Origin: a virus
Taxonomy: Duplodnaviria; Heunggongvirae; Uroviricota; Caudoviricetes
DNA length: 64,000 bases
IMG/VR virus record: IMGVR_UViG_2684623189_000005
Reading direction: 5' to 3' (one strand)
The notes below the pieces were generated by a model. That model was not told the origin of the DNA. It did not search any database and saw only the letters and a list, made by a program, of their open reading frames with translations. Positions 8,718-18,699 of the stretch are shown piece by piece. The position numbers and the translations under genes were made by a program. Each line of letters begins with the position of its first letter. The stretch's first letter is position 1.

Positions 8718-9055
8718 AGCAACTCCTGAGTCCGGGTCTGTCCGTCTGAGCCTTTCCAGCTCACCCGGAGCGTAAGATGTTCGCCGTCGACGGCGGGTTT
8801 AACTGACATAAGCTGGCAGCGGGGCTCCCAGCGTCGGATGGCATCGACGGATTCGCGCACCACATGCGGAATGGCCCGGTCTACAGGCCAGTCGATATAA
8901 AGATGCAGATTGCTGCCGAACTCCGGGCGATGCGGGTCGCTGCCGCGGGGAGTCCGCAGGATAATTTGAATCGCCTGCCGGATATCATCCAGCCCCCGGA
9001 CAATTTCGCCGGGAGCCTGCAGGGTCGGTTGCCAGAATACTGAGGTTGTTTTCAT
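8708..9055 (-). CDS. baseplate protein (P2 gpW / gp25-like)
   Basis: 115 aa; GPW/gp25 size and position. Confidence 0.7.
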   Translation of the reverse strand: MKTTSVFWQPTLQAPGEIVRGLDDIRQAIQIILRTPRGSDPHRPEFGSNLHLYIDWPVDRAIPHVVRESVDAIRRWEPRCQLMSVKPAVDGEHLTLRVSWKGSDGQTRTQELLWR

Positions 9056-9109
9056 GGGGGCAGTATTGCCCCCGTGCGGGAACGCTGATATTAAAGGCGT
9101 TTAAAAAGC

Positions 9110-9706
9110 TCAGTGGGAGTGGTGGCTGGAGTTTTCGCCATCAGACAACATACTGCCCGTGGCATGGGCATTCCCTTTAATCTCGATATTGCCATGGATG
9201 GTCGCGGTAACACCTTCACCACCAGAACCCGCCATGCCTCCTTCGTAAATCAGCTTACCCCTGACACGCAGATCTCCGGTAAGTTCGGTTTCCGGTGCGT
9301 CAATCGTGGCTTTCTGTGTTTTCAATACCACATCAGCACCACACTCAATGACAATATGCTCAATGCCGCCCCGGATGATCAGAGTGTGCGTCTTCCGGTT
9401 GTAGCTGTACTCTGCACCATCAGCAAACCGGGTTCCCCGGATATTTTTGTCACTGAACGGTGGTTTATCGACGTCTGAATACACCGCGCCCAGAATAACA
9501 CCATCCTCGCCGTTGGCATCGAGCAGCACCTCAACCTGCTCCCCCACGTCAGGGAGCCAGTAATCTTTGTTATCCTGGGTATTGCGCTGCAGCACGTTAA
9601 GCCAGTTTGTGCGCAGGTTATCGCATTCAGGCAGACGAACGCGGGCCTGAACCCTGTCGGCATCAACGGCACTGACCGTACCGACCTGACGAGTGACACC
9701 AGTCAT
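9110..9706 (-). CDS. baseplate spike/hub protein (P2 gpV / Mu gp45-like) with His-rich C-terminus
   Basis: 198 aa; N-terminal OB-fold-like MTGVTRQVGTVSAVDADRVQARV; C-terminal SSHHSH. Confidence 0.7.
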   Translation of the reverse strand: MTGVTRQVGTVSAVDADRVQARVRLPECDNLRTNWLNVLQRNTQDNKDYWLPDVGEQVEVLLDANGEDGVILGAVYSDVDKPPFSDKNIRGTRFADGAEYSYNRKTHTLIIRGGIEHIVIECGADVVLKTQKATIDAPETELTGDLRVRGKLIYEGGMAGSGGEGVTATIHGNIEIKGNAHATGSMLSDGENSSHHSH

Positions 9707-10875
9707 TTTTTCTTCTCTCTTATTACTGTGGACGTGCTGCCGTCCGGTTTATAGATGGTCAGCATCCGGGTTTTGCCGATTTTTTTACCTTTCTTCGCCT
9801 TGCCCTGTGTGATCGGCCCCCGTGCCACTTCCAGCTCTGTGGTGTAGCCGCTGTTACGGTCAAACGCATGGCGGGCAGTGGTTATGAGCCATGGCCCGGA
9901 TAACTGCCCAAAACCCACCAGTTCAATTTTGTTGCCTGCTGTCAGTTGAGGTGTTCCCGTCAGCGTCAGGGAGCCGTTCTGCTGGTATTCGTTATGTCTG
10001 GCCAGTGCTGAATCCGCTTTAATCCGGGCACTGTCCGGGTCGCTGACGCGGCTGTTAACTTTAAGTGAGTCAGCGCTGGTAACCTTACCACCTTTGAGCT
10101 TTTTGTCGCTTTCACGGGTACCACCATCAGCTTCGTAGACGATCAGTTTTTTACTGCTGCTTTTCTGGTGTTTTACCTTTGCAGATTTATAGACCCGGTT
10201 GATGGTGTCACGCAGGGAAAAGCGGGCCACATCCTGCGGTTTTAACTGCCTGACCGGCTCCTGACTGCGCAGTGTGGCCAGATGAGAAAAAATCAGCTGG
10301 TCACTGACCACTTTCACTGCATAACCATACTCGCTGGCCAGCCGGCGCAGAAAACCCACGTCGGTTTCAGCATACTGGGTCACCCGGTCGATTCTGATGG
10401 ACTCAATGCTGCCCACCAGTTTCAGCCGGTGCTTTCTGGCAATCCGCCCCGCAACAGCTGCCAGCGTGGTGTTCTCAAAACCACGACTGGTTTTAGTCCG
10501 CAGGGCACTGTTAACCGAGGTGGCCACCCCACGGATAGAAACAACGGAAGCGGGCGAACTCACTTCGATCTCGTCTATAGAGAACGTACCGCAGGACAGC
10601 AGCTTCTCGTCCTGATAGCCCATTTTCAGCGTCAGCGTGTCACCCTTGCCCGGATACCACTTATCCAGCCAGCGGCCATCGGTGTCGTCCAGCTCCACCT
10701 CAATGGTATCGGACTCATTTTTGATGTTATCGCTCCAGGTCACACGGGTGACATAAGGCGCGATATCAGAGGTGATGTTTTTCTGCAGATACCACAGAGT
10801 GAACACCGGTGTCAGCACATCGCTGACGCCGGTTAACGCTGATGTGACTTGCGCAGTGCTGTTTATCTCAGCCAT
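9703..10875 (-). CDS. tail protein, late control D-like (P2 gpD / Mu gp44 P)
   Basis: 390 aa, basic C-terminus; position after the U-like and X-like genes. Confidence 0.7.
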   Translation of the reverse strand: MAEINSTAQVTSALTGVSDVLTPVFTLWYLQKNITSDIAPYVTRVTWSDNIKNESDTIEVELDDTDGRWLDKWYPGKGDTLTLKMGYQDEKLLSCGTFSIDEIEVSSPASVVSIRGVATSVNSALRTKTSRGFENTTLAAVAGRIARKHRLKLVGSIESIRIDRVTQYAETDVGFLRRLASEYGYAVKVVSDQLIFSHLATLRSQEPVRQLKPQDVARFSLRDTINRVYKSAKVKHQKSSSKKLIVYEADGGTRESDKKLKGGKVTSADSLKVNSRVSDPDSARIKADSALARHNEYQQNGSLTLTGTPQLTAGNKIELVGFGQLSGPWLITTARHAFDRNSGYTTELEVARGPITQGKAKKGKKIGKTRMLTIYKPDGSTSTVIREKKK

Positions 10876-11078
10876 GGGGCAATATCCTCTTCTGTACGGG
10901 CTTCTTCAGCCTCAATCACCGGGATCAGTAACAACAGCCCGGAGGGCAGCACCGGCGTGATGGCCACGTGCGGATTGGCGGCAATAATCCGGGGATAGCC
11001 CAGCGGGTCACCGTAGTACTGCCATGCCAGCGAATCCCAGCGCTCTCCGTCACGGGTAACATGTTCAAGAAACATCAC
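10863..11078 (-). CDS. tail protein X-like (LysM-like, P2 gpX family)
   Basis: 71 aa; ...RDGERWDSLAWQYYGDPLGYPRIIAANP motif. Confidence 0.6.
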   Translation of the reverse strand: MMFLEHVTRDGERWDSLAWQYYGDPLGYPRIIAANPHVAITPVLPSGLLLLIPVIEAEEARTEEDIAPWLR

Positions 11079-11959
11079 ACACTCCTCGTCAGTATTCTGG
11101 CGGCCATTGCACTTAATCCCGGAGACATGCGGTTGAATGCTGTTCCGACGGCGTTAAGCTGCCCGGAAACGGTATCCAGAGCACCTGCAATATTTCTTTT
11201 GTCCACACCACTCAGCACAGACTGTGCCTGCTGTACATACGTGGCTGCTTCGCTGGCTGTTCTGGCCAGACTGATGGCATCGGGCATGGATTCAGAGAGT
11301 GCGTTAAACGCCGGAACACTTTTCCCCAGAGCCCCGGAGATATTACCCAGTCCGCTCATCAGCCCCGGCACACGGGTCAGTGCGACAACGGGGTTATCCT
11401 TCATTTTCTGTGTCACTCGAACGGCGCTGATAGTGGTCTGGAGTACAGACTGCGCCTGTTTCGCATAGTTGACGCCGTTGCGGATGAACTGCGCCACCCC
11501 GGAAGGTGAAGGAATGGCACCGGAGACCGCCCCGACACCCGGGAGCTTCGTGCGTATTGCCGGTGGTTGCAGAGGATTTTTCGGGTCACCGGTGTATTCC
11601 CGGAGAGACACGGTGGCACTGACAGCCAGCACGTTGCCGGTACTGTCAGTCTGCTCGCTGGTTGCAGTCACATCGGTAATCACGAACCAGCCGCGATAGT
11701 CACCGTTGCCGAAGACCAGCGCCAGTGCCTGATGGGCTTTCATGGCTGTTCGCAGTCTCGCCAGCTCCACATCGGGTACACAATAATGCTGATGGAAAAC
11801 CAGAGTTATCTGGATTTCGTCCAGCCTGTCGCCGACGAACTGCAGGCCAGGCTTACCCCCGATGCGGGCATGCTCCGCATAATCGACGCCGAACGTGGCC
11901 TCGAAGCCGTCCCAGTAGGTAATCAGCTCAAACTCAATATCACCCAGTACGGCAAACAT
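11075..11959 (-). CDS. tail protein (P2 gpU / Mu gp43-like)
   Basis: 294 aa immediately downstream of the tape measure gene. Confidence 0.6.
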   Translation of the reverse strand: MFAVLGDIEFELITYWDGFEATFGVDYAEHARIGGKPGLQFVGDRLDEIQITLVFHQHYCVPDVELARLRTAMKAHQALALVFGNGDYRGWFVITDVTATSEQTDSTGNVLAVSATVSLREYTGDPKNPLQPPAIRTKLPGVGAVSGAIPSPSGVAQFIRNGVNYAKQAQSVLQTTISAVRVTQKMKDNPVVALTRVPGLMSGLGNISGALGKSVPAFNALSESMPDAISLARTASEAATYVQQAQSVLSGVDKRNIAGALDTVSGQLNAVGTAFNRMSPGLSAMAARILTRSV

Positions 11960-14900
11960 CAGCGGTACTCCTTACGTTGTTTCTGAGCCAGCAGACGCTC
12001 CAGCATTTTTTCCAGCTCATGCAGACTCATATTCAGGGCACCAGTCAGTCCTGCAGGCGCTGTGGTTTCCCTGCCATTGAGGAAAAACTGAGGATTAAAG
12101 CTGACCTGGATACCACCAGACGTTCCACCGCCGGTTGCAGCTGCACCACGGCCTGAATATCCGGCAGCCAGGATTTCAGGCGAGGGGATACGGGGAACAT
12201 CCGGTGTCATCTCATTTGCCAGACGTTGCCCTGGTAAAATCGATGCCCGGGTGGAGAGCGGAATAACGGGCATGGAAGACAAACTATTGATTACGGCTCC
12301 GATCGCATTTTTAGCAGACGACATAAACCCATTGATATCGGGCAACGGCATACTGAAGCGAACACCTGAAGTGTTATCCCGTATTTCTGGCCCCTGAATG
12401 CTCACGGGCATTCTGGGGAGCAGTTCACTGGCCATTCGCTGCCCGGCCAGAGCTGCAAGCGGAGTGGTCCGCTGCAGGCCAATGGCGGCCCCCTGCGCGA
12501 TATTGTCACCAAAGCCCATAAACACGCGGCTCGGCGAATGAATGCCCAGCTTTTCGCTGAACCAGCCACTGATGCTGTCACCCATTCCGGTTACACTGGA
12601 TTTGAGCGACTCCCATTTGTTTTTGATACCGTTAATCAGACCGTCGACAAGATGGCCACCGAAGTCGGTGAACTTTGCCGGCAGATCAACACCAAGATAT
12701 TTCAGCGCAGCTGCAAAGGCTTTATAGAGCAGACCTGCCGGCGACCAGTTAATCAGCAGCTTACCAGTTCCCGCGATACCGCCGTTAAAGGCTTCCTGAA
12801 TGTCAGCCCAGCACTGTTTAAACCAGCTACTGATGCTGTCACCCATTCCGGTTACACTGGATTTGAGCGACCCCCATTTGTTTTTGATACCGTTAATCAG
12901 ACCGTCGATAAGATGGCCACCGAAGTCGGTGAACTTTGCCGGCAGAGCAACGCCGAAATATTTCAGCGCAGCCGCAAAGGCTTTATAGAGCAGGCCTGCC
13001 GGCGACCAGTTAATCAGCAACTTACCAATTCCCACAATGCCGCCGTTAAAGGCTTCCTGAATGTCAGCCCAGCGCTGTTTAAACCAGCTACTGATGCTGT
13101 CACCCATTCCGGTTACACTGGATTTGAGCGACCCCCATTTGCTTTTGATACCGTTAATCAGACCGTCGATAAGATGGCCACCGAAGTCGGTGAACTTTGC
13201 CGGCAGAGCAACGCCGAAATATTTCAGCGCAGCCGCAAAGGCTTTATAGAGCAGGCCTGCCGGCGACCAGTTAATCAGCAACTTACCAATTCCCACAATG
13301 CCGCCGTTAAAGGCTTCCTGAATGTCAGCCCAGCGCTGTTTAAACCAACCACTGACAGCCCCCCAGTTGCGGTAGATAAGGTAAGCTGCTGTCGCGACAG
13401 CGGTGATAACGAGACCGATGGGATTCATCATCAGCGCTCGCCCAATCCAGAGAACGGCACGTGCAGCGCTCATAAAACCGCGAACGAGGCTGCCCGCCAG
13501 AACTTTGCTGAGTTTCAGTCCTCCGCTGGTCAGTCGGCTGAATCCAGTGACAAGCCAGCGTAATTTGCCACCTTCTCCGAGTGCGGTAGTCAGTCGATGC
13601 CAGTTGGTCCGGAGTAAAACAGTAGTTTTCCAGACGTTCACAAAGGGGGAAATAAGGAGATTCAGCCCCAGTTTGAGACCAATAGTCGCTATCTTAATCG
13701 CAAGGAGCGCACTGATGAGCTTAAAAGCCCCACTGACAAATTGCGGGTGAGTCGCTACCCAGTGTTTTGTCCCCTGAATGAGTGGGAGCAGTTCCTGAGT
13801 CAGAGAAATAAAAGATGGAGCTAATTGATCGCCCAGCGTAATTGCCAGATCGCGACTGCTGACCATAAGTGTTTTAGTGGCTTCAAGGGGAGATTTCAGC
13901 CGCTGATCATAAGCACTGGCAAGCAAATCGTTATCCGCAGCCCTGAGAGCACCGGCACGGATCTCTCGATATCTGTCCATGTTGGCCAGCATCGGGCGGA
14001 TAAATGCCATGACCTGCATATCCGCGAACATATCGCCCAGACCAAAGTTTTTCGCCAGAGCCTGAAGTGCCTCATCTCTTGCCGTATCATTCTTTATTTT
14101 CATGGCTGATTTGAAGCCGGCCAGCGCTTCGGGGCTTTTGGCATTGAGGTAACGTTCTATAACACTCAACATCCCTTCAATCGGAGAGATCCCCGCAGCT
14201 TTATAACTCGCAATAGATCCCTGCAAATCAATACCCAGATCAGCAAACTGTTTCTGAGTATCGCGGGCAAAAATTTTGGTAAGAAAGTTTTTAAAATTAT
14301 TGGCTGCTTCGTCGGTGGAACCTGCACCGATTTTTGCTATCTGGAGACTGGCCCCGATTTCAGCAACAGCCTCTTTTCCACTGGCAAGACCCGCCATCAT
14401 TGGGGCCAGGGACTGCATCCACTTGACCTGATCCGGGATTTCAAATGACCCCTGGTCACCGGCATAAGCCATAATATTCTGAACGGCACCAAAATCTCTG
14501 GCCGCACCTTTCAGGGAGTTTTGCCAGACTGCGGCCACTTTTGCCCAGTCCTGAGCAGACGTGCGTGTTGCCGTTGCCGCGCGGGCAATATCCGGCATCA
14601 GAAAACCGATATCTGACACATTATCAATATTGTCGCTGATGAGTGAACCCACCGCCTCCTGCAGCTCATCCTGATACTGATTGTATTTAAGCGCCCAGCC
14701 TTTTATCTGTCCGGCAAGTGCATCCCGCGTTTTATTGTCATATTTTGCGGTGATCGACATATCAATCATTTTGTCCTGAAAAGACATGGACTGCTGAACG
14801 GCAGGGGAAACCGTATGATAAACAGTCTGTGCCATGCCATACGCTTCAATCCCCTGACCATACAGCGCCATGCGGTTAGCTTTCAGCGCATCACTGGTAG

Positions 14901-15171
14901 CGGATGCCGCTGACAGACGGCGCTGCTGGCGCTCAATTTGCTCCATGGTGCGGCTTACCCGCAGCAGCTCGCTGTTGAGATGCTGCATCCGGGAAGAACC
15001 CAGTTGACCATAACGTTCTGTTGCACGGGTTAAAGCGTTCTGACGTTCCTGCAGGCGGCGTGAGGTATCGCTCAGGGAATCAAGCGCACGGCGGGTACCG
15101 CTCATTGCAGAACGGAATGTGCTGCCAATCATCCCGCCGATAACAACGCCGACTGAAAACTGTCCCGACAT
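11959..15171 (-). CDS. tail tape measure protein with internal 3 x 87-aa repeat
   Basis: 1070 aa, coiled-coil-rich N-terminus, hydrophobic segments; position after the chaperone pair. Confidence 0.85.
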   Translation of the reverse strand: MSGQFSVGVVIGGMIGSTFRSAMSGTRRALDSLSDTSRRLQERQNALTRATERYGQLGSSRMQHLNSELLRVSRTMEQIERQQRRLSAASATSDALKANRMALYGQGIEAYGMAQTVYHTVSPAVQQSMSFQDKMIDMSITAKYDNKTRDALAGQIKGWALKYNQYQDELQEAVGSLISDNIDNVSDIGFLMPDIARAATATRTSAQDWAKVAAVWQNSLKGAARDFGAVQNIMAYAGDQGSFEIPDQVKWMQSLAPMMAGLASGKEAVAEIGASLQIAKIGAGSTDEAANNFKNFLTKIFARDTQKQFADLGIDLQGSIASYKAAGISPIEGMLSVIERYLNAKSPEALAGFKSAMKIKNDTARDEALQALAKNFGLGDMFADMQVMAFIRPMLANMDRYREIRAGALRAADNDLLASAYDQRLKSPLEATKTLMVSSRDLAITLGDQLAPSFISLTQELLPLIQGTKHWVATHPQFVSGAFKLISALLAIKIATIGLKLGLNLLISPFVNVWKTTVLLRTNWHRLTTALGEGGKLRWLVTGFSRLTSGGLKLSKVLAGSLVRGFMSAARAVLWIGRALMMNPIGLVITAVATAAYLIYRNWGAVSGWFKQRWADIQEAFNGGIVGIGKLLINWSPAGLLYKAFAAALKYFGVALPAKFTDFGGHLIDGLINGIKSKWGSLKSSVTGMGDSISSWFKQRWADIQEAFNGGIVGIGKLLINWSPAGLLYKAFAAALKYFGVALPAKFTDFGGHLIDGLINGIKNKWGSLKSSVTGMGDSISSWFKQCWADIQEAFNGGIAGTGKLLINWSPAGLLYKAFAAALKYLGVDLPAKFTDFGGHLVDGLINGIKNKWESLKSSVTGMGDSISGWFSEKLGIHSPSRVFMGFGDNIAQGAAIGLQRTTPLAALAGQRMASELLPRMPVSIQGPEIRDNTSGVRFSMPLPDINGFMSSAKNAIGAVINSLSSMPVIPLSTRASILPGQRLANEMTPDVPRIPSPEILAAGYSGRGAAATGGGTSGGIQVSFNPQFFLNGRETTAPAGLTGALNMSLHELEKMLERLLAQKQRKEYR
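12540..13325. repeat. three tandem 261-bp repeats inside the tape measure gene
   Basis: Near-identical units beginning near 12542, 12800 and 13061 encode WFKQRWADIQEAFNGG...SSVTGMGDSISS three times and produce three repeated antisense ORFs. Confidence 0.85.
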
Positions 15172-15246
15172 AGTGGTTAACCTCCGGGGAAGGTGAAAAG
15201 ACGTGAGGGGATAACGCAGAACAGCCGCTACTGGCGGCTGTCTGTA

Positions 15247-15504
15247 CTATGATTTGTCGCCGTACTCGCTTTTGATTTGCTCTTCAGCCTGCTCCAGCCA
15301 CATCTCCAGATCGTCAGTATCGAGGGCATCAATCTCCCCCGGCTGAAACCGGAACCATCTCGCCAGCAGCCCCTGCGCCTGCGTCAGCGCCCTGGTTGCT
15401 CTCACCCATCCCCGTGATGAGCTGAAATCGTTTCTGTAACTGCAGGTAATCAGCCAGATCCATATTGTCGAGATCTTCCGGGAGAAGACCAGTACTGCGG
15501 GCAA
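15247..15504 (-). CDS. putative frameshift extension of the tail assembly chaperone
   Basis: Open frame overlapping the 3' half of the chaperone gene in another frame, directly upstream of the tape measure gene, as in lambda G/GT and P2 E/E'. Confidence 0.4.
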   Translation of the reverse strand: MPAVLVFSRKISTIWIWLITCSYRNDFSSSRGWVRATRALTQAQGLLARWFRFQPGEIDALDTDDLEMWLEQAEEQIKSEYGDKS

Positions 15505-15664
15505 TCAGCGGTTCGTCCCAGTCTGCCGGGTTTTTGCTGATTTTGCGCACCTGCTTCAGGTCTTTTACCGTCAGGCGTTTCAGTTCAACCAGCTCAATTC
15601 TGGTGCCTGCAGCAGTGGTGAAGGGATAAGACAATTTAAAAGTATCGGATGGGGTCTGTGACAT
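15329..15664 (-). CDS. tail assembly chaperone (Mu gp41 / P2 gpE-like)
   Basis: 111 aa between the tube and tape measure genes with an overlapping alternate frame. Confidence 0.6.
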   Translation of the reverse strand: MSQTPSDTFKLSYPFTTAAGTRIELVELKRLTVKDLKQVRKISKNPADWDEPLIARSTGLLPEDLDNMDLADYLQLQKRFQLITGMGESNQGADAGAGAAGEMVPVSAGGD

Positions 15665-15761
15665 GATTGTGCTCCTGTGTAAGTTCAGGGCAGTATGTCG
15701 GGAGAAGCGCGTGACGGATATTAAAGGAGATTAAGAAGAAGGGGCCGGAGCCCCTGTGATG

Positions 15762-16043
15762 TCAGCAAGTGCGAAACCCCTTGCAGTTACGCAGGAAAGC
15801 GATGAGAAGCGTCTTTCCCTCAGATTTGCCGATGCCGGAGAACCAGTGGTCGGGAGGCTCCCATGCTTCAATCAAATCCGCCAGTTTGCGGGCCTTTGAA
15901 CGTGTGCAGTCAATCGGGTCATTGGTTTTACGGGTATTAAAAAGGGTTTCCACCCCCGGAATATCAAGGAGGGTAAACCACGTACCATTTGACATGCCCA
16001 GTGCCGCACATCGTCCTCCTTTATCCGTCAGTTCAACACTCAC
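15762..16043 (-). CDS. hypothetical protein between tail tube and chaperone
   Basis: 93-aa ORF, tightly packed after the tube gene. Confidence 0.4.
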   Translation of the reverse strand: MSVELTDKGGRCAALGMSNGTWFTLLDIPGVETLFNTRKTNDPIDCTRSKARKLADLIEAWEPPDHWFSGIGKSEGKTLLIAFLRNCKGFRTC

Positions 16044-16045
16044 CG

Positions 16046-16567
16046 TCAGCCCCCGATATTGATACGGTAGTCAGTCAGTTGATCAACACCGCCGACCCGG
16101 AAGATGTTGGCCAGATAGTCCAGTTGCAGCAGCTCTTCACCATCCAGTACCTGTCTGATATACGTGCAGGTGAAGCTACTGGAGAACTCGGCGTTCTCGT
16201 GCTGTTTGAACGTCCCCAGCGGGTTCTTCTTGAACATAATCGTCAGGAAGGTGACCAGCGGGATTTCGTCAATCAGCCCCTGCGAGCTGTAGCGCTGGAC
16301 GCTGGAACGACACTGCAGTGCCAGCGACCTGTACGGGTTCGCGGCAGACAGCATCGCATCGCGGTAAAAGCTGTTCCATTTGATTTCGCCTTCCAGCTTG
16401 TCAAAACCAGCCGGGAGTTCCACCTTACCCACCATCCCCAGCGCCTTGTGTTCCTGCATAATCATGGAGACATCGGGGAGTTTGACTTCCTCAGCCCGTC
16501 CCAGCAGGTTAGTACCATCCAGATAGATGTTGGCATTCGTGATGCGGTTTATCTCAATCTTTGACAT
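16046..16567 (-). CDS. contractile tail tube protein
   Basis: 173 aa directly downstream of the sheath gene; typical size. Confidence 0.8.
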   Translation of the reverse strand: MSKIEINRITNANIYLDGTNLLGRAEEVKLPDVSMIMQEHKALGMVGKVELPAGFDKLEGEIKWNSFYRDAMLSAANPYRSLALQCRSSVQRYSSQGLIDEIPLVTFLTIMFKKNPLGTFKQHENAEFSSSFTCTYIRQVLDGEELLQLDYLANIFRVGGVDQLTDYRINIGG

Positions 16568-17994
16568 CAGTTGCCCCCTTTCAGGGTTAACAGGTATTCC
16601 GAGGTGATCTCAGTCTCAAACGTCAGTCGCTCCAGCGGCGGTGGTGGCGTATATTTGTAGCTCAGCAACAGGTGCCCGGCGGCCAGCTCCGTCTCCGGAT
16701 TGCGGGCCGGATCAAACCAGCAACGGAAGCCCAGTACCGCACCATCACCAGTCATTTTGCGACCGTAGGCGTTGACCGACTCCGTCAGTGCATCAATCAG
16801 CGCCTGAGTAATCGGCATGTCGATGTACTGCTGGCTGAAATAACGAATGGACTCGTTGATCACATCACCGGTGCGGCGAACGTTCTCAAAGTTACGCATA
16901 TGGGTGACCGTTGGCCATGCTGCCGTCCGGTTACCCCACAGACGAAGGCCGCTGCCGTAACTGCTGAATACCGTGGTGATCCCCTGTTCGTTAAGCAGGT
17001 TCACCTCACTCTGCGGGTCATCAATCATCGCGGACAGCTGGCGCTCCACGCCGGTGATCCCCAGAATCTCCTGATTGGAGGATGACCACCAGTAGCCCTT
17101 GTCCAGATCGACTCTGGCACGCAGACCTGCTGCACGCTGGCTGAGCGGCTCCAGACGCTCTGTGTTTGTCACCGGGTCATATACCTTCACATGCGGATAG
17201 CACAGACGGACGCGGTCGGAGCTGGTATTGAAGTTGATGGTGCCTTCCGGGCCACGACCTGCCAGAGCCTGTGCAAAGGTGGTACCGACAGGCGCATCAA
17301 TGTAGGTTACCGCGCCCAGCTTCTCTGCCATGGCGATAAGCTCAACTGCGACACTCTTCTGGGTGCAGAACACCGGCGCAATCAGAATTTTGGCGAAATA
17401 GCCGTACAGGTTGAAGCTGTCGTTAAGCAGCTTCATGCCGGTTCGGTTTCCGGCGCTGTTCACCCCGCCGATGATGTCCGCCGCAGTCACCTTCGACGGG
17501 TCCGCGTACTCATAGCTCACCTTCACGCTGCCACCGGCCTCAATAGCCTTGCCCAGGTTCGTGAGCACACCCGCCTGCGCATCAACACGGTAGTCCGTGT
17601 TCGCCGTGTGGGTGGTGCTGCCTTCACTGTTTTTCACCACCACATTAGCGACAACCGGATGCGCCAGTCTGGCCTGCCCTGTCGATTTGTCAAAGGTAAC
17701 CACCTCATCCTCGATCGCCGTTTTATGTTTCGCCGGGTCGAGGACGTTAATGACCAGAACGGTGCCTGCACCATGGTCATAAATCGCATCCAGCGCCTGC
17801 GGAATGGTAAAGCCGGTGAACTGGCTGCCAAATGCCGCTGCGTCTTTCTCAGACAGGCACTGTACCAGCGTATTGACATCCCCCATCGGGGCGGTACCAA
17901 TCAGGCCAATAACGGCAGATTTCACCGTTTTAACCGGGCGGGCTCCGTTTTCCACCTCAATGGTTTCGGGACCATGCAGATAGTTAGCTGCCAT
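16567..17994 (-). CDS. contractile tail sheath protein
   Basis: 475 aa; sheath family size and position. Confidence 0.85.
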   Translation of the reverse strand: MAANYLHGPETIEVENGARPVKTVKSAVIGLIGTAPMGDVNTLVQCLSEKDAAAFGSQFTGFTIPQALDAIYDHGAGTVLVINVLDPAKHKTAIEDEVVTFDKSTGQARLAHPVVANVVVKNSEGSTTHTANTDYRVDAQAGVLTNLGKAIEAGGSVKVSYEYADPSKVTAADIIGGVNSAGNRTGMKLLNDSFNLYGYFAKILIAPVFCTQKSVAVELIAMAEKLGAVTYIDAPVGTTFAQALAGRGPEGTINFNTSSDRVRLCYPHVKVYDPVTNTERLEPLSQRAAGLRARVDLDKGYWWSSSNQEILGITGVERQLSAMIDDPQSEVNLLNEQGITTVFSSYGSGLRLWGNRTAAWPTVTHMRNFENVRRTGDVINESIRYFSQQYIDMPITQALIDALTESVNAYGRKMTGDGAVLGFRCWFDPARNPETELAAGHLLLSYKYTPPPPLERLTFETEITSEYLLTLKGGN

Positions 17995-18238
17995 GGGCGT
18001 CCTCCGTTTTCACTTCGCTGTCACTGCTGCTTCTGCGCTTTGGTGACTGCACAGCCGGTGTGACGGCGGGTTTAGTATCTTCTGGTACCGGCGTCAGATG
18101 CTTCAGCGCCACCAGTACCTTCACGTAGTCATGCTCCTCCGGCAGGGAAACCGTCTTCCCCGGCCAGAGCAGGATTTCGGTTCCGTCCGACAGCGTGACG
18201 CCGCTGGCCGGGCCGGAATAGCGGTATTCTTTCATCAC
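17984..18238 (-). CDS. hypothetical protein (Mu gp38-like position)
   Basis: 84-aa ORF between head-completion genes and sheath. Confidence 0.4.
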   Translation of the reverse strand: MMKEYRYSGPASGVTLSDGTEILLWPGKTVSLPEEHDYVKVLVALKHLTPVPEDTKPAVTPAVQSPKRRSSSDSEVKTEDAHGS

Positions 18239-18699
18239 TCGCTTTCCTCATAGTTCACTTCGGTTAACAGCGGGCCGGACGGTAAATCGCTGTCTTCGAT
18301 AAAGATGCTTTCAGTCGCGAAGTCGAGGGCGTATTGCCACAGCCCCCTGACTTCACCGATAAACACCTCGCGGGTCAGCCAGATACGGCAGCGGCACCCG
18401 GGCGGGGTGTGGCCACCGAGAATGCGGCGGACAGCATCCAGGACATTAATCGCCCCTTTTTTACCGTTGAGCTGGCGGAAGACCACCGTGACGCAGAGCT
18501 GGATAGTCTGAGACTGGATCACCGCACCGGTATCATCCGGCCTGTCAAAGCGCGAACCGGCATAGCTCAGCAGCAACGCGCCAACCGGATGGTTCAGGCG
18601 ATATTCAGCCGGTTTCTCCGGGAAGTACTCCACCTGCAGTTGCGGCAGCTTCTCGCGTAACCGGGCCAGCACCGCATCAAGGACGGGCAGAACGTTCAT
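18235..18699 (-). CDS. head-tail joining/completion protein (Mu gp37-like)
   Basis: 154 aa, position. Confidence 0.5.
   Translation of the reverse strand: MNVLPVLDAVLARLREKLPQLQVEYFPEKPAEYRLNHPVGALLLSYAGSRFDRPDDTGAVIQSQTIQLCVTVVFRQLNGKKGAINVLDAVRRILGGHTPPGCRCRIWLTREVFIGEVRGLWQYALDFATESIFIEDSDLPSGPLLTEVNYEESE

Noticed and set aside
12540-13325. Possible CRISPR array suggested by regular repeats
   Set aside because: Period is 261 bp, the units are near-identical with no spacers, and all are in frame inside a tape measure gene; not CRISPR.
12538-13563. 341-aa plus-strand ORF and three nearly identical 61-62-aa ORFs (12542, 12800, 13061)
   Set aside because: Antisense images of the tape measure tandem repeat; their repetition reflects the DNA repeat, not a gene family.
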